NCBI GenBank assembly: GCA_903857665.1
Contig: CAIOFV010000084.1
Span: forward strand, 16,294 to 80,293
Direction: 5' to 3'
From: an uncultured Myxococcales bacterium
GTDB taxonomy: Bacteria > Myxococcota_A > UBA9042 > DTJE01
DNA: 64,000 bases
Part shown: one piece after another, positions 10,228 through 19,576 of the stretch
Position numbering within the stretch: the first letter of the stretch is position 1
How the letters are laid out: each line of letters starts with the position of its first letter
Position numbers and translations under genes: made by a program
Notes under the pieces: generated by a model
Database searches by the model: none
Seen by the model: the letters and a program-made list of their open reading frames with translations, nothing else
Told to the model about the DNA's origin: nothing

Positions 10228-11472
10228 CTAACGGATCATGCCCAGGAGGCGACCGTTGGGAGGCAGGGGCCCGACGAGGGGGCGGGCGTACTCCAGGAAC
10301 GCCTCGGTGACGTTGTTGCCGTCCGCCGCCAGGAACGAGTCGGGCATCGAACGGGTTTCGCGAGCGACGTTCTGCAGTTCCGTGTATTCATACCGCACAC
10401 GGTACTCGCCGGGTTCGCGGATCATCACGACCGACCCGTCGCAGTCCTTCGCCGTGGCCATCGCGACCGCCTGCCGGCCGCACTCGCGGGCCTCGGACGC
10501 GTCCACCTCGGACACGACGCCCGGGAACGAGCGTTGCAGGTAGCCCAGCGTGTCCGCGCGGACCCGCAACCCCAGGCCCAGCCTGCCCTCGACACTCAGA
10601 CCGTCCTTGACCTGCGACGCCAGCCAGTCGCCCAGCGCGCCGCTTCCCGACAGTTGGATGTTCGCGTGGGTGTCCTTTTCGATCGCCCTCGCGGACTTTT
10701 CCGCCATGATTTCCGCAACCGTGCGCTTCAGCGGGTCCGTCCCGTCGATGATGCCCTCGGACACGGCCACCACGCACCGGCCCAGGCGTCGGTACACCTC
10801 CTCGACGTCGGCCAGGAAACGATCCAGGAAGAACGGGCGCTCGGGCACGTACACCAGGTGAGGGCCGTCATCGTCCCACTTGCGGGCCAGGGCGGACGCC
10901 GCGGTCAGGAAGCCCGCGTTGCGGCCCATGACGACGTCGATCTTGATCCCCGGCAGGGCCCGGTTGTCCAGGTTGTCGCCCAGGAAGGCGCTGGCCACGA
11001 ACCGGGCGGCGCTGCCGTACCCGGGGCAGTGGTCGGTGACCCGGAGGTCGTTGTCCACGGTCTTCGGCACGTGGAAGCAGCGCAGGTCGTACTTCGCCTG
11101 CTTCGCCGCCTGGTTGACGATGTGGACGGTTTCGGCCGAGTCGTTGCCGCCGATGTAGAAGTAGTAGCGGACGCCGTGCTTCCGCATCGCCTCGAACATC
11201 TTGTAGCAGTCCTCGGCCTTCGGCTTCTGGCGCACCGAACCGAGCGCCGACGAGGGGGTACGGGCGACCTCCTCCAGCACGTCCCGCGGCTCCGCGAAGA
11301 GGTCCACGAAGTCCTCCCGCAGGATGCCCTTGACGCCGTGGCGCGCGCCCAGCAGCCTGTCGATGACGCCCGACGAGCGCGCCGCCTCGATGACGCCGAC
11401 CAGGCTCTGGTTGATGACCGCCGTGGGGCCGCCCGACTGTCCGACGACCGCGTTTCCCCGGATTCCCGCCAT
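10228..11472 (-). CDS. pfp: 6-phosphofructokinase, long PPi-type (GGNDS active-site variant)
   Basis: MAGIRGNAVVGQSGGPTAVIN...YFYIGGNDSAET...MGRNAGFL; PFK family throughout. Asp in the second position of the GG-x-D-S motif is associated with PPi-dependent enzymes. Confidence 0.8.
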   Translation of the reverse strand: MAGIRGNAVVGQSGGPTAVINQSLVGVIEAARSSGVIDRLLGARHGVKGILREDFVDLFAEPRDVLEEVARTPSSALGSVRQKPKAEDCYKMFEAMRKHGVRYYFYIGGNDSAETVHIVNQAAKQAKYDLRCFHVPKTVDNDLRVTDHCPGYGSAARFVASAFLGDNLDNRALPGIKIDVVMGRNAGFLTAASALARKWDDDGPHLVYVPERPFFLDRFLADVEEVYRRLGRCVVAVSEGIIDGTDPLKRTVAEIMAEKSARAIEKDTHANIQLSGSGALGDWLASQVKDGLSVEGRLGLGLRVRADTLGYLQRSFPGVVSEVDASEARECGRQAVAMATAKDCDGSVVMIREPGEYRVRYEYTELQNVARETRSMPDSFLAADGNNVTEAFLEYARPLVGPLPPNGRLLGMIR

Positions 11473-11678
11473 GTCCGTTCCCCCCATCGCTGCCGGTCCC
11501 TCGCGATGCGCCGGGGGACGCCCTGGTTTTAAGGCGGGACGATGCGTACGTCAAGACAGGACGGGACCCCGGGGAAGGCGCGCCGCAGTGGGACGCGTCG
11601 ATCGGGGGGAACCCGGACGGGGACGCAGGGCGCTGGTATGATTCGGATGGGACGTTCCCCAGGATTCGGGAGACCCCC

Positions 11679-12503
11679 GTGGCCCTTGTCGATACCCATG
11701 TGCACTTGGCCGACACGCCGCTGGCCGGCGACCTCCCGGGCGTGCTGTCGCGGGCCCGGGCCGCGGGGATCGCCGCCTTCGTGGTCCCGTCTGGGGACGA
11801 GGCGTCCTCGCGGTCGGCGCGGGACCTAGCGCGGCTGCACCCGGGCGAGGTGTTCGCTGCGGCAGGCCTGCATCCCTGGGAGGTCGGAGCCGGCGGCCTC
11901 CCCGACCTGCGCTGGCTGGAAGCGATGCTGGCGGAAGGCGGTTTCGTGGCCGTCGGTGAAACGGGCCTCGACGGCGTGGTCGCCGGCGCCGACCTTGACG
12001 CCCAGGAACGGGTCTTCCGCATCCAGGCGGGCCTGGCGCGGGAGGCGGGCCTTCCCCTGATCGTCCACGTTCGGGGCGCCTTCGACCGGACGGCGCGCGT
12101 GCTGGAATCGCTGGGCCCCGGCGGCCCCGGAGGCGTGCTGCACGCCTTCGGCGGATCGGCAGAGGTCGCGACCCGACTGCGACGGCTGGGCTTCCTGCGG
12201 GGGGTGGGAGGCGCAGCGACGCGCCCGGAGGCCGTCAACGTCCGCAAGGCGGTGGCGGCGACCCCACTGGACGCGATGGTGCTGGAAACCGACGCCCCGT
12301 ACATCGGGACCCGCCTGCGGCCGAAGGGGAGCGTCGAGCCGGCCGCTGTCGCCGAGGTGCGGGACGCGGTCGCGATCCTGCTGGGGGTAGCGCCCGACGA
12401 GGTGGGTGCCCGGACGTCGGCGACCGCCCGGGGCCTGTTCCGCCTTCCCGGGATCAGGAATCCGTCTTCCTGCGTCCCAGGGCCAGCGTCGAGCACACGA
12501 TGA
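11679..12503 (+). CDS. tatD: TatD family metal-dependent hydrolase
   Basis: GTG start. LVDTHVHL...GETGLD...HVR.A...LETDAPY motifs of TatD. Confidence 0.8.
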   Translation: MALVDTHVHLADTPLAGDLPGVLSRARAAGIAAFVVPSGDEASSRSARDLARLHPGEVFAAAGLHPWEVGAGGLPDLRWLEAMLAEGGFVAVGETGLDGVVAGADLDAQERVFRIQAGLAREAGLPLIVHVRGAFDRTARVLESLGPGGPGGVLHAFGGSAEVATRLRRLGFLRGVGGAATRPEAVNVRKAVAATPLDAMVLETDAPYIGTRLRPKGSVEPAAVAEVRDAVAILLGVAPDEVGARTSATARGLFRLPGIRNPSSCVPGPASSTR

Positions 12504-13116
12504 AGCCCACGACCGTGACCAGCAGCGCCCATTCGGCGACGGCGATTCCCCAGACGTCCAACCGGGGCACCCCCGACGCCGGGTCCAGCATGCGCAGGTC
12601 CGGCGCGCCGGCCAACCAGGGCCAGGCCAGGAACGAGGCGAACGCCAGGCCCGCCGCCGCGGCGGGCACCAGGAGCCAGCGCGCCAGGCGCTTCCGGGGA
12701 TCGCGCAGGACGGCCGCCGAGAACAGGGCCACCGTCACCAGGCCGCCGTCGAAGAACGTGAAGGCCGCCCTCAGGTGGGGCTTCAGGTCGTTCATCGGCA
12801 ACAGTCCCACCGCGGACACGCCCAGGCCGGCGATCGCCCCGGCCAGGCCGGCGGCCCACCCCAGGCGCGTGCCCAGGTGGCGCCCCAGGAACAGCAGGTA
12901 CACCGCCATCAGGAACCCCGAAGCCACCAGGCTGCCGTTGAACAACCAGGCCAGCGACGACACGCCGACCTCGCCCAGTTCGGAAATGAAGTGGTTGAGG
13001 GGAGAGTAGGGTTCCCCGGCACGACCGGTGTACGCGATCGCCGGCAGTAGGACCCCCGCGAGGAGCAGGATCGGCCCCAGCAGGCCCCCGATCCGGACGG
13101 AGCGCGGGAACATCAC
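12454..13116 (-). CDS. DUF998-like polytopic membrane protein
   Basis: Six predicted TM helices. Coding-like GC3. 3' end overlaps tatD by about 50 bp in convergent orientation. Confidence 0.6.
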   Translation of the reverse strand: MMFPRSVRIGGLLGPILLLAGVLLPAIAYTGRAGEPYSPLNHFISELGEVGVSSLAWLFNGSLVASGFLMAVYLLFLGRHLGTRLGWAAGLAGAIAGLGVSAVGLLPMNDLKPHLRAAFTFFDGGLVTVALFSAAVLRDPRKRLARWLLVPAAAAGLAFASFLAWPWLAGAPDLRMLDPASGVPRLDVWGIAVAEWALLVTVVGFIVCSTLALGRRKTDS

Positions 13117-13141
13117 CCACCTCCCGGGACAACGAGGCCTC

Positions 13142-15310
13142 TCATTCGGTTCGGCTCATCCGAACGAAATCCACGAAGAACGGCACCGCGGTGTTCCCGC
13201 CCGTGGCGCCGTGCATCGGCAGCCGGTCGTCGTACCCGACCAGCACCGTCACCATCCGCTGGCCGTCGGACCCGGCGAACCAGGCCTCCCGCGAACGGTT
13301 CGACGTGCCCGTCTTGCCCCAGACCGGTTCCGACAGGCCGGCGGCCGCCTTCCCCGTGCCGTTCACGATGGCCTCCCGCAGGGCGCCCCGGACCCACCTC
13401 GCGATGCCCTGGGGGAGGATCCGGTAGGGCCGCGAGTGATGGGCCAGCAGCGACTTCCCGTCGGCATCGACCACGTCGGACACGAGGTAGGGGGTGTCGT
13501 GCAGGCCGCTGGTCGCGAACACCGACATCGCGTTGGCCAGGGCCAGGGGGCTGACCGAAGCGCTGCCCAGGGCCAGGGACAGGTCGGACGGGATCCCGCC
13601 GTCCACGCCCACCGCGGCCAGCAGGTCGGCGACCACCTTGACACCCACCTGCGACAGGATCTTCACGGCGACGACGTTGATCGACTTCGCCAGGGCCTCG
13701 ACCAGCCCGTACTCGCGGCCGTCGTATCCCCCTTCGTAGTTGCGCGGCGTCCACGACCGCCCGTGGCCTCCCCGGAACGACACCGCCGTGTTGGTCACCG
13801 TGGTGTCCGCGGACAGCCCGCCGTTCAGCGCCGCGGCGTACAGGAAGGGCTTCACCGTCGACCCCATCGGCCGCCGCGACTGGATCGCTCGGTTGAAGGG
13901 CCGGGCCTCGAAGGACTCGCCACCGACCAGCGCCAGCACCGCACGGGTCTGGGGATCCAGCACGGCCATCGCGGCCTGGGGCCCGGGTTCGGCGTTGACG
14001 CGCGCCATCGGGCCGTCCGTCCCGTCGGGGGCCGTCCCGGGCGCCTTCGACACCCGCAGGTCGCCAGCTCCCTTCGCGCACGCCCCGTACGGATCGGGAT
14101 GGCCCGCCAACACCAGGCGCGCCAGCGACATGGGGTCCAGCAGCGCCCGTTCGCCTGCGGCCTCCACCTCGATGCGCCCCTGGGAGCGGTCGCATTTCAC
14201 CACCCGCGCCTCGACCGCGTGAGGCGCCTCGGGCAGCCCGTCGTCGTCGATACCGTCGGTCAGCGAGTCGTCGCGGGCGGCCGCGGCCTCGTCGGACTCC
14301 CGCGTCCGCCCGTTCGCCCACAGGCGCGACAGGCCCAGCGCCACGGCGGCCTCGGCCGCATCCGACGACGGCAGGTCCAGCGTGGTCCCCACCGTCAGGC
14401 CGTCGTGCAGCAACCGGCCCACGCCGAACAGCCGGGTCACCTCGCGCCGCACCGCGTCCACGAAATACGGTGCCGCCCCCAGCCGCCCGTCCTCGCGGGC
14501 CCACAGGCGCGCCGGCGCCGCCGCCGCCTTGTCGGCGTCGTCCGGCTTCGCGTATCCCAGTTCCACCATGCGCCGCAGCACGTAGCGACGGCGGCCGATG
14601 GCTCCCTCGGGGTTCTTCAGGGGCGAGTTCGCTTCGGGGGAGGACACCAGGCCGGCCAGCAGCGCCGCCTCCCCGAGATCCAGGTCCACGGCCCGCTTGC
14701 CGAACCAGAACCGGGCGGCCTCCTCGAACCCGTACCGGCCCGCTCCCAGGTACACCTCGCTGAGGTACATCGCCAGGATCTCGTCCTTGGAACGCGCCGC
14801 TTCCAGGCGCCGCGCCAGCAGCAGTTCCTTGAACTTCCGCTGCCAGGTCCGCTCGGGCCCAAGCAGGACCTGCTTGACCACCTGCTGCGTCAGCGTCGAG
14901 CCTCCCTGGGCGACGCGTCCCTTCCAAAGGTTCACCAGCATGGCCCGGGCGATGCCCCCGTAGGAAAGGCCCTCGTGCGTCCTGAAATCCGCGTCCTCGG
15001 CCGCCAGGATCGCGTGCTCGACCAGCGGCGGGATCCGGTCGGGCGGCATCAGCGTGCGGCGCTCGGTGAAGAACTCGGCGACCACGGTGCCGTCGGCCGC
15101 CAGCACCCGGCTGACCTTCGGAACCCCGCGGGCGTATTCCTCGAACGTGGGAACGTCGGGCAGGCGGGACTCGACCATCGCGAAGACGACCGTCACGGCC
15201 ACGAGGCCCAGCGTCGCACCCGCGGCGACGACGCCCAGCACGATCGCGAGCGTCCGCCACGAACCGCCGCCCTTCGATCGCCGCCGCCTGGGAACCTTCC
15301 GCGCCGCCAT
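13142..15310 (-). CDS. mrcA: class A penicillin-binding protein (PBP1A; transglycosylase + transpeptidase)
   Basis: Real start MAARKVPRRRRSKGGGSWRTLAIVLGVV (TM anchor). Glycosyltransferase motifs EDADFRTHEG, GGSTLTQQ, RKFKE. Transpeptidase STVKP ... SINV ... KTGTS. The 5' 1 kb of ORF 13142..16345 is a non-coding extension. Confidence 0.85.
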   Translation of the reverse strand: MAARKVPRRRRSKGGGSWRTLAIVLGVVAAGATLGLVAVTVVFAMVESRLPDVPTFEEYARGVPKVSRVLAADGTVVAEFFTERRTLMPPDRIPPLVEHAILAAEDADFRTHEGLSYGGIARAMLVNLWKGRVAQGGSTLTQQVVKQVLLGPERTWQRKFKELLLARRLEAARSKDEILAMYLSEVYLGAGRYGFEEAARFWFGKRAVDLDLGEAALLAGLVSSPEANSPLKNPEGAIGRRRYVLRRMVELGYAKPDDADKAAAAPARLWAREDGRLGAAPYFVDAVRREVTRLFGVGRLLHDGLTVGTTLDLPSSDAAEAAVALGLSRLWANGRTRESDEAAAARDDSLTDGIDDDGLPEAPHAVEARVVKCDRSQGRIEVEAAGERALLDPMSLARLVLAGHPDPYGACAKGAGDLRVSKAPGTAPDGTDGPMARVNAEPGPQAAMAVLDPQTRAVLALVGGESFEARPFNRAIQSRRPMGSTVKPFLYAAALNGGLSADTTVTNTAVSFRGGHGRSWTPRNYEGGYDGREYGLVEALAKSINVVAVKILSQVGVKVVADLLAAVGVDGGIPSDLSLALGSASVSPLALANAMSVFATSGLHDTPYLVSDVVDADGKSLLAHHSRPYRILPQGIARWVRGALREAIVNGTGKAAAGLSEPVWGKTGTSNRSREAWFAGSDGQRMVTVLVGYDDRLPMHGATGGNTAVPFFVDFVRMSRTE

Positions 15311-15397
15311 CCGGACCTCCCGGCGGACGACGATACCACCGACGTCACTGGCGCGCCCACGCGACGTCCGCCTGGCCCGGGGGTCGCCTCGAACCCC

Positions 15398-15528
15398 CGC
15401 AGACGCACAAGTCGCCTCGGGCCGATTCATGCCCCCGCCCGAGCACGCAGGCGGAGGCAGGGGGATTGCGCAAGCAATTTCCCGTGCCGCAGACGGAGTC
15501 GCCTCGGGCCGATTCATGCCCCCGCCCG
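15398..15528. repeat. pair of 41-44-bp imperfect direct repeats (CGCAGACG[CACA/G]AGTCGCCTCGGGCCGATTCATGCCCCCGCCCG) in the PBP1A/folD divergent intergenic region
   Basis: Copies at 15398-15441 and 15488-15528 share an identical 32-nt core. A third GTCGCCTCG core lies at 15383-15391 inside a GGGGG-N10-CCCCC hairpin. Confidence 0.6.
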
Positions 15529-15592
15529 GCCCGCGATTGACCCTCCGGCGGGTTCCGGCTAGCATTCGCCCTCTTCCAACGGAGGTCCCCCA

Positions 15593-16459
15593 ATGCCCGC
15601 ACAGATCATTGACGGGAAGGCGATCGCCGCCCAGGTGCGCAACGAGGTCCGCGAGGCCGTGAACCGCCTCAAGGCCCAGGGAGTGACGCCGGGCCTCCAC
15701 GTGGTGCTCGTCGGTGACGATCCGGCGTCTGCCGTGTACGTCCGCAACAAGGGCAAGGCCTCCGAGGAGGTCGGCATCGCCGGCGTGACCCACCACCTGC
15801 CGGCCGAAACCTCCGAGGTCGATCTGCTGGCCCTCCTTCGCGACCTGAACTCGTCGCCGGACGTGGACGGCGTGCTGGTCCAACTGCCGTTGCCTGGTCA
15901 CATCAACGCCAACCGGATCACGGATGCCCAGGATCCGGCCCGCGACGTGGACGGGTTCCACCCGGTGAATCTGGGCCTGCTGATTTCGGGCCGCGACGGC
16001 CTGGTCGCGTGCACGCCCGCGGGGTGCATGCGCCTGATCGACGAAACTGGGACGGACCTCGCCGGCAAGCGCGCAGTGGTTGTCGGCCGCAGCCTGATCG
16101 TGGGCAAGCCGATGGCCCTGCTGCTGATGCAGCGCAACGCCACCGTCACGGTCTGCCATTCGCGGACGCAGGACCTCAAGACGCGCGTGTCCGAGGCGGA
16201 CGTCGTGGTCGCCGCCATCGGCAGGACCCGCATGATCAAGGGCGACTGGATCAAGCCCGGCGCCCTGGTCATCGACGTGGGCATGAACCGCGACGAGGAC
16301 GGCAAACTGTGCGGCGACGTCGACTACGCTGCGGCTGCCGAACACGCCGCCTTCATCACGCCGGTCCCCGGCGGCGTGGGCCCCATGACCATCGCCTTCC
16401 TGCTGCGGAACACGGTGCTGGCGTGCGCGGCGCGCCGCGGCCTGCCCAACCCGTTCTGA
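15593..16459 (+). CDS. folD: bifunctional methylenetetrahydrofolate dehydrogenase/cyclohydrolase
   Basis: RBS GGAGG then [15 protein letters not shown]...YVRNKGKA...PGGVGPMT, the FolD family. Confidence 0.9.
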   Translation: MPAQIIDGKAIAAQVRNEVREAVNRLKAQGVTPGLHVVLVGDDPASAVYVRNKGKASEEVGIAGVTHHLPAETSEVDLLALLRDLNSSPDVDGVLVQLPLPGHINANRITDAQDPARDVDGFHPVNLGLLISGRDGLVACTPAGCMRLIDETGTDLAGKRAVVVGRSLIVGKPMALLLMQRNATVTVCHSRTQDLKTRVSEADVVVAAIGRTRMIKGDWIKPGALVIDVGMNRDEDGKLCGDVDYAAAAEHAAFITPVPGGVGPMTIAFLLRNTVLACAARRGLPNPF

Positions 16460-16545
16460 ATTCCGGATCGTCCCGAGGCGGCTTCGCCCCCGCGCCTGCC
16501 CGCAGACAGTGATGCCTTCGCACCTGCGCGCCCGTTTCTTTTGGC

Positions 16546-16574
16546 TTGACTCGCGCGGGACGGTGCTGTATTCG
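16546..16574 (+). promoter_or_regulatory. putative sigma70-type promoter for gcvTH-PA (TTGACT-17-TATTCG)
   Basis: -35 at 16546-16551, -10 at 16569-16574. RBS GGAGG 16593-16597. GTG start 16606. Confidence 0.3.
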
Positions 16575-16605
16575 GTGCCCCGGACCGCTCTGGGAGGCCC
16601 CGATC

Positions 16606-17706
16606 GTGACAGCGCACGGCGATGCCAGGAAGACGTTCCTCTACGACGAACACGTGAAGGCCGGCGGCAAGATGGTGCCCTTCGCCGGGTACTGGATGCC
16701 CGTGCAGTTCGAGGGGATCGCCGCCGAGCACCACCGGGTCCGTACGAAGGTCGGCCTGTTCGACGTCAGCCACATGGGCGAAGTCCTCTTCCGCGGCCCT
16801 CGCGCGCTTTCCGTGGTCCAGCGCATCACGACCAACAACGTCGGCACGGTGTCGCCCGGCAAGGCGGTCTACACCCCCGTATGCCTCCCGACCGGCGGCA
16901 TCGTCGATGACATGATCTTCTACAAGGTGTCGGACACCGAGTGGTTCGTCTGCGTCAACGCGTCGAACAAGGACAAGGACTACCAGTGGTTCGTCCGCCA
17001 GGCGGAAGGCGAGTGCGAGGTGCTGGACCTGTCCGAACAGTATTCGCAGGTCGCGGTGCAGGGCCCGAACGCCCCGGCGCTGCTGGCCCGCGTCTTCGGC
17101 GACGACGTCCTGGCCATGAAGCCGTTCACCTTCGTCAAGAAGGATTTCCAGGGCGCCGAGGTCATCCTCGCCACCACCGGCTACACCGGCGAGAAGGGCG
17201 GCGAGGTCTACGTCCCGAACGCCGCGGTCGTCGCGCTCTGGCAGGAACTGATGCAGAAGGGCGAAGACCTCGGCGTCGCCCCGATCGGCCTGGGCGCCCG
17301 CGACTCGCTGCGGCTGGAAATGAAGTACTGCCTGTACGGCAACGACATCGACGAAACCACCACGCCGGTGGAAGCGGGCCTGTCCTGGACCGTCAAGTTC
17401 GACAAGGGCGACTTCGTCGGCCGCGACGTGCTGGTCCGCCAGCGCGACGAGGGCGCCTCGCGGTCGCTGGTCGCCTTCGTGGTCGAGGGCAAGGGCATCC
17501 CGCGCCACGGCTACCCGGTCCTGGTGGGCGACCTCGAGGTCGGCCACGTCACGTCCGGCACCCTGTCGCCGACCCTGGGGATCGCGGTCGGGATGGCGTA
17601 CGTCGCCAGGCCCCACGATGAAATCGGTTCGAGGATCACCATCGATATCAAGGGAATGAGGAAGGTCGAGGCGCGGGTGGTACAGTCCCCGCTGGTGAAG
17701 CGCTAG
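16606..17706 (+). CDS. gcvT: glycine cleavage system T protein (aminomethyltransferase)
   Basis: GTG start with GGAGG RBS 8 nt upstream. KTFLYDEHVKAGGKMVPFAGYWMPVQF...GYTGEKGGE..., the GcvT family. Confidence 0.85.
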   Translation: MTAHGDARKTFLYDEHVKAGGKMVPFAGYWMPVQFEGIAAEHHRVRTKVGLFDVSHMGEVLFRGPRALSVVQRITTNNVGTVSPGKAVYTPVCLPTGGIVDDMIFYKVSDTEWFVCVNASNKDKDYQWFVRQAEGECEVLDLSEQYSQVAVQGPNAPALLARVFGDDVLAMKPFTFVKKDFQGAEVILATTGYTGEKGGEVYVPNAAVVALWQELMQKGEDLGVAPIGLGARDSLRLEMKYCLYGNDIDETTTPVEAGLSWTVKFDKGDFVGRDVLVRQRDEGASRSLVAFVVEGKGIPRHGYPVLVGDLEVGHVTSGTLSPTLGIAVGMAYVARPHDEIGSRITIDIKGMRKVEARVVQSPLVKR

Positions 17707-17723
17707 GGCGAAGGGAGGGCACG

Positions 17724-18125
17724 ATGTCGGTCCCCAAGGACTACCGGTACACGGACAGCCACGAGTGGGTGCGGATCGAGGAGGACAACGTCGTCACGAT
17801 CGGCATCACCGACTACGCGCAGGAAAAACTGGGCGACATCGTCAGCATCGACCTTCCCCGCGTGGGCGATGAGGTCGAGCGCGGCGAGCCCATCGGCATG
17901 ATCGATTCGCAGAAGGCGTCGACCGAGGTCTTCGCGCCCGTCAGCGGCGTGGTCCTCGAAGTCAACGAACTGCTGAACGACGACCCGGCCGTGATCAACA
18001 CGGATCCCTACGAAGAGGGCTGGCTGGTCCGCATCGAGGTCGAGGACCTGGAGCAGATCGACGAACTGCAGAGTGCGGACGACTACGAGGAACTGCTGGG
18101 CAAGCTGGACGACGAAGAGGGCTGA
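17724..18125 (+). CDS. gcvH: glycine cleavage system H protein
   Basis: YTDSHEWVR...ESQKASTEVFAPVSG with the lipoyl-Lys context. 133 aa. Confidence 0.9.
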   Translation: MSVPKDYRYTDSHEWVRIEEDNVVTIGITDYAQEKLGDIVSIDLPRVGDEVERGEPIGMIDSQKASTEVFAPVSGVVLEVNELLNDDPAVINTDPYEEGWLVRIEVEDLEQIDELQSADDYEELLGKLDDEEG

Positions 18126-18184
18126 CGCTCCCGTTCGCTCCGAACGCCCGGGTCAGCCCGGCCCTCGGCAAGGAGTTCCACGTC

Positions 18185-19510
18185 ATGGACTTCACCCCGC
18201 ATACGGACGCCGAAGTCGCCGAGATGCTGAAGGTCATCGGCGTCTCGACGATCGATGAACTGTTCCAGGCGATTCCCGCCGTCTTCAAGATCACGAAACC
18301 GCTCGACCTCCCGCCCGCGATGTCCGAGGCCGAGGTCCTGACGTACGTTCGTGACCTGGCCGCCCGGAACTCGGGCGCCGACGCCCTGTCCTTCCTGGGC
18401 GCCGGGGCCTACGACCACTACGTGCCCGCCGCCGTGCACCACCTGACGTCGCGGGGCGAGTTCCTGACCACCTACACCCCGTACCAGCCGGAAGTGTCGC
18501 AGGGGACGCTGCAGGCCCAGTTCGAGTACCAGACGATGGTCGCGTCGCTGCTGGGCATGGACGTGGCCAACGCGTCGATGTACGAGGGTTCCACCGGGTG
18601 CGCCGAAGCCGCCCTGATGGCGGTACGGCACACGCGGCGCCCGAAGGTGGCGGTGTCCCGCGCCGTCCATCCCCAGTATCGCGACGTGCTGAGGAACTAC
18701 CTCGGTGACGACGCCGTCGTCGAGGTGCCCTTCGACGCGACCGGGGCCACGGACCTGGCGGCGCTCCAGTCCGTCCTGGGACCCGACGTGGGCGGCGTGG
18801 TGCTCCAGTCGCCGAACTTCCTGGGCGTGGTCGAGGATCTGAGGGCGGCCGCCGACGTCGCCCACGGGGCCGGCGCCCTGATGGTCGCCACGTTCACCGA
18901 GGCGCTGGCGTTCGGCCTGCTGGAGGCCCCCGGGAACCTGGGCGCCGACCTGGCGACCGGCGAGGGGCAGTCCCTGGGCCTGCCGCTGTCGTGGGGCGGG
19001 CCTTACATCGGCCTGTTCGCGGTGAAGCAGCCGTTCGTCAAGTCCATGCCCGGCCGCCTGATCGGCCAGACGAAGGACGTCCACGGGACTCCCTGCTACA
19101 CCCTGACGCTGGCCGCCCGCGAGCAGCACATCCGGCGCGAGCGCGCATCCTCGAACATCTGCACCAACGAGGGTCTCTGCGCCCTCGCAGTGGCGATCCA
19201 CCTTTCGCTGCTGGGCCGAAACGGCCTGATGCGCCTGGCCGCGTGGAACCACCACCGGGCCGAAGTGCTGAAGGCGCGCCTGGCGGCGATGCCCGGCATC
19301 ACCCTTCCCTTCGCGGGACCGACATTCAACGAATTCGTCATCCGGCTGCCCGGCCCGGCGGCGGACGTCGTCGCGCGGCTGGGCGCCGGGGGGATCGTGC
19401 CGGGCGTCGATCTCGGCCGCTACCTGCCCGAGCTGTCGGATTGCCTGCTGGTCGCGGTGACCGAACTGCGTACGGACGCGGATTTCGATCGCTTGCTTGC
19501 CTCTCTGTGA
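18185..19510 (+). CDS. gcvPA: glycine dehydrogenase (decarboxylating) subunit 1
   Basis: PHTDAEVAEMLKVIGVSTIDELF...TYTPYQPEVSQG..., the GcvPA family. No gcvPB follows. Confidence 0.9.
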   Translation: MDFTPHTDAEVAEMLKVIGVSTIDELFQAIPAVFKITKPLDLPPAMSEAEVLTYVRDLAARNSGADALSFLGAGAYDHYVPAAVHHLTSRGEFLTTYTPYQPEVSQGTLQAQFEYQTMVASLLGMDVANASMYEGSTGCAEAALMAVRHTRRPKVAVSRAVHPQYRDVLRNYLGDDAVVEVPFDATGATDLAALQSVLGPDVGGVVLQSPNFLGVVEDLRAAADVAHGAGALMVATFTEALAFGLLEAPGNLGADLATGEGQSLGLPLSWGGPYIGLFAVKQPFVKSMPGRLIGQTKDVHGTPCYTLTLAAREQHIRRERASSNICTNEGLCALAVAIHLSLLGRNGLMRLAAWNHHRAEVLKARLAAMPGITLPFAGPTFNEFVIRLPGPAADVVARLGAGGIVPGVDLGRYLPELSDCLLVAVTELRTDADFDRLLASL

Positions 19511-19517
19511 CCGATGC

Positions 19518-19545
19518 TTGACCTGCCTTCGCCCTCGGCTACAAT
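19518..19545 (+). promoter_or_regulatory. near-consensus sigma70 promoter TTGACC-16-TACAAT between gcvPA stop and the downstream lipoprotein gene
   Basis: -35 19518-19523. -10 19540-19545. GGAGG 19566-19570. GTG 19577. Confidence 0.4.
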
Positions 19546-19576
19546 GCGAGGGGAACGAATTCCGCGGAGGTGGCCG

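Noticed and set aside
10868-15562. 754-aa (-), 844-aa (+) and 715-aa (-) ORFs across pfk/tatD/PBP1A
   Set aside because: Wrong-frame or antisense. The real genes in this span (pfp, tatD, DUF998, PBP1A) have strong family motifs and proper starts.
16460-16605. Glycine riboswitch upstream of gcvT
   Set aside because: Expected in many bacteria. The leader is only about 25 nt from a plausible promoter to the RBS. No conserved aptamer segments recognised by eye.
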